Part shown: positions 62,401 to 64,000 of the stretch, piece after piece
How the letters are laid out: the number at the start of each line of letters is the position of its first letter
Position numbering within the stretch: the stretch's first letter is position 1
Assembly: GCA_964016885.1 (NCBI GenBank)
Contig: OZ024743.1
Span: 101,928,001 to 101,992,000 of the forward strand
DNA length: 64,000 bases
Direction of reading: 5' to 3'
DNA from: Eledone cirrhosa
Lineage: Eukaryota
Translations under genes and position numbers: made by a program
The notes under the pieces: model-generated
The model's input: the letters and a program-made list of their open reading frames with translations, nothing else
Databases searched by the model: none
What the model was told of the DNA's origin: nothing

Positions 62401-64000
62401 TGATTCATTCCTTAGACAATTTAACTACATGTTCATAGTACTGCAGTTGTGATATCTCGATGCAGAAATGTAGCGCCTCTACTTGAAGCAATTACCCGGG
62501 TGCTACGCACCCTATCAGCTGAGGCTATGTGCGATATTGCGCTAACATTTAAAATAATTACCATAGTACCATTCAGGTATATCACAAAACAAACAGTGTT
62601 TAGCTACGTCAATTTCAGTCCTGAGGTCGAGTTCCACCAGAGTATACTTTTGATTTCGTCGCCGGGGGTCGATGAAATAAAGCACTAGACAAGTAATGGA
62701 CTTGGTCTAATTCGATTAAGGCCTCCCTCCTTAAATGTTATTGGACGTTATGAATTTAGATCTGTCGGCTTATATCTCAAGTTCAAAGTCTGACAAGGGT
62801 CAATTTCCTGTCCTTCATTTCAACAATGAGAAAATAAATACCAGTACTATAGAGCTGTCCCTTCAATTATCTTTACAGATTAGATCTATGATCGTGTGTC
62901 AGTATGAAAAATCAAAATTATTAATTCCACGAGCAGGCTATTTCGTTGTTCAAACAACTGGAACATTCATATAAAAACATATACACTCTACAAACACATA
63001 TACACATATGTATGTGTCTATATGTACTTAAAAACATATATAGTTTTGTGCTAAGAAAAAAAAGCTTGAGAGTATGTCAGGTTTTAGCAAGATATTTGTA
63101 TATATAATTTAATAATTCAACTTGTTGCTCTCAAGATTCATTCCGTAACTTTACAAAATATTTTCGACATAAAAATACATTATTATACTGGAATCTTTAA
63201 ATAGATTTCAATGTGTTTAGGCTGTAATCATATATACATACACGATTATTCCCGAGGATGGGGATTTTTCCCTTCTATCCTCTGACTTCCTGGGACGTAC
63301 CTTTAATATCGTCCATAAAACATTGAAATCACACCGAGTCTATTTCAGTTTGACGTTGACAAGCGAGGATGATATTATGTTTTCTTTTCTTGGCCGTATT
63401 CGTTAGCGTCTCTTTTTTTTGTGCGGATATTTTGGCTGTATATATAATAGCACACTGTATAATTTATTCAACTTACATTTAGATTTACGAGATATATTCA
63501 TAGTACATGCTAATTTTTGAATGTGTTATAGATTTTTTTAGCCGCAAGAAATCACAGTTATAGTCTGGAGAGCCAAAATATATGGTATACTCTCTCCCTC
63601 AAATATGTTACAAGTGACTAATGGATTCAGACTCGACAGATAAAGTAATAAATCAAGCACCACAAGGCACAAGATCAGAATCATGATATTTGCTTGTTCT
63701 GCTTCATGTTTAGATGTATATACATTAGTATATATAAATTATGAGAATCAATGCATCGCTCTATTTGATGATATTGATCGAACATACATGTTTTCAGTTT
63801 AACGCAACGCTAAGGTTTAATAACCACTCTGCAGCATTATTTTAAGAGACACAAACCACACTGCATTTTGATTAATTCTGAACTCTAGGCTTTTAGAGTT
63901 TAATTTATTTTATTGCCGAGGTGATATAGCAATATAGGTTTCTAACCGATAGCGTTCAGTTATTTATTGGAGAGTGGGATTAATTAATTTTATCTCAGTA

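Overview
AT-rich, microsatellite-saturated animal DNA; the SINE families and huge (TA)n/(CA)n/(GA)n load best fit an octopod cephalopod (inference from repeat content only). The only host-gene evidence is one coding exon (26324-26716, +): signal peptide plus the start of an ionotropic glutamate receptor (NMDA-type-like) amino-terminal domain, followed by a GT donor and what appears to be an intron of more than 37 kb. The rest is mobile DNA: a near full-length but frameshifted R4/Dong-like RLE non-LTR retrotransposon with (AAT)n tails, an intact young Penelope-like element (1209-aa RT + GIY-YIG, direct and inverted pseudo-LTRs) inserted in (TA)n, an element with about 95-bp TGT...ACA terminal inverted repeats around a Gypsy-type integrase C-terminus, a Helitron-like non-autonomous element, many tRNA-derived SINEs and LINE relics. 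The main unannotated signal is about 16 hammerhead-ribozyme-like motifs (CUGANGA...GAAA, mostly with a palindromic stem III) from many different sequence families, nearly all in short islands flanked by (TA)n; two islands are 330-390 bp near-perfect palindromes with a hammerhead in each arm. All motifs were identified by eye; no searches or folding programs were run.
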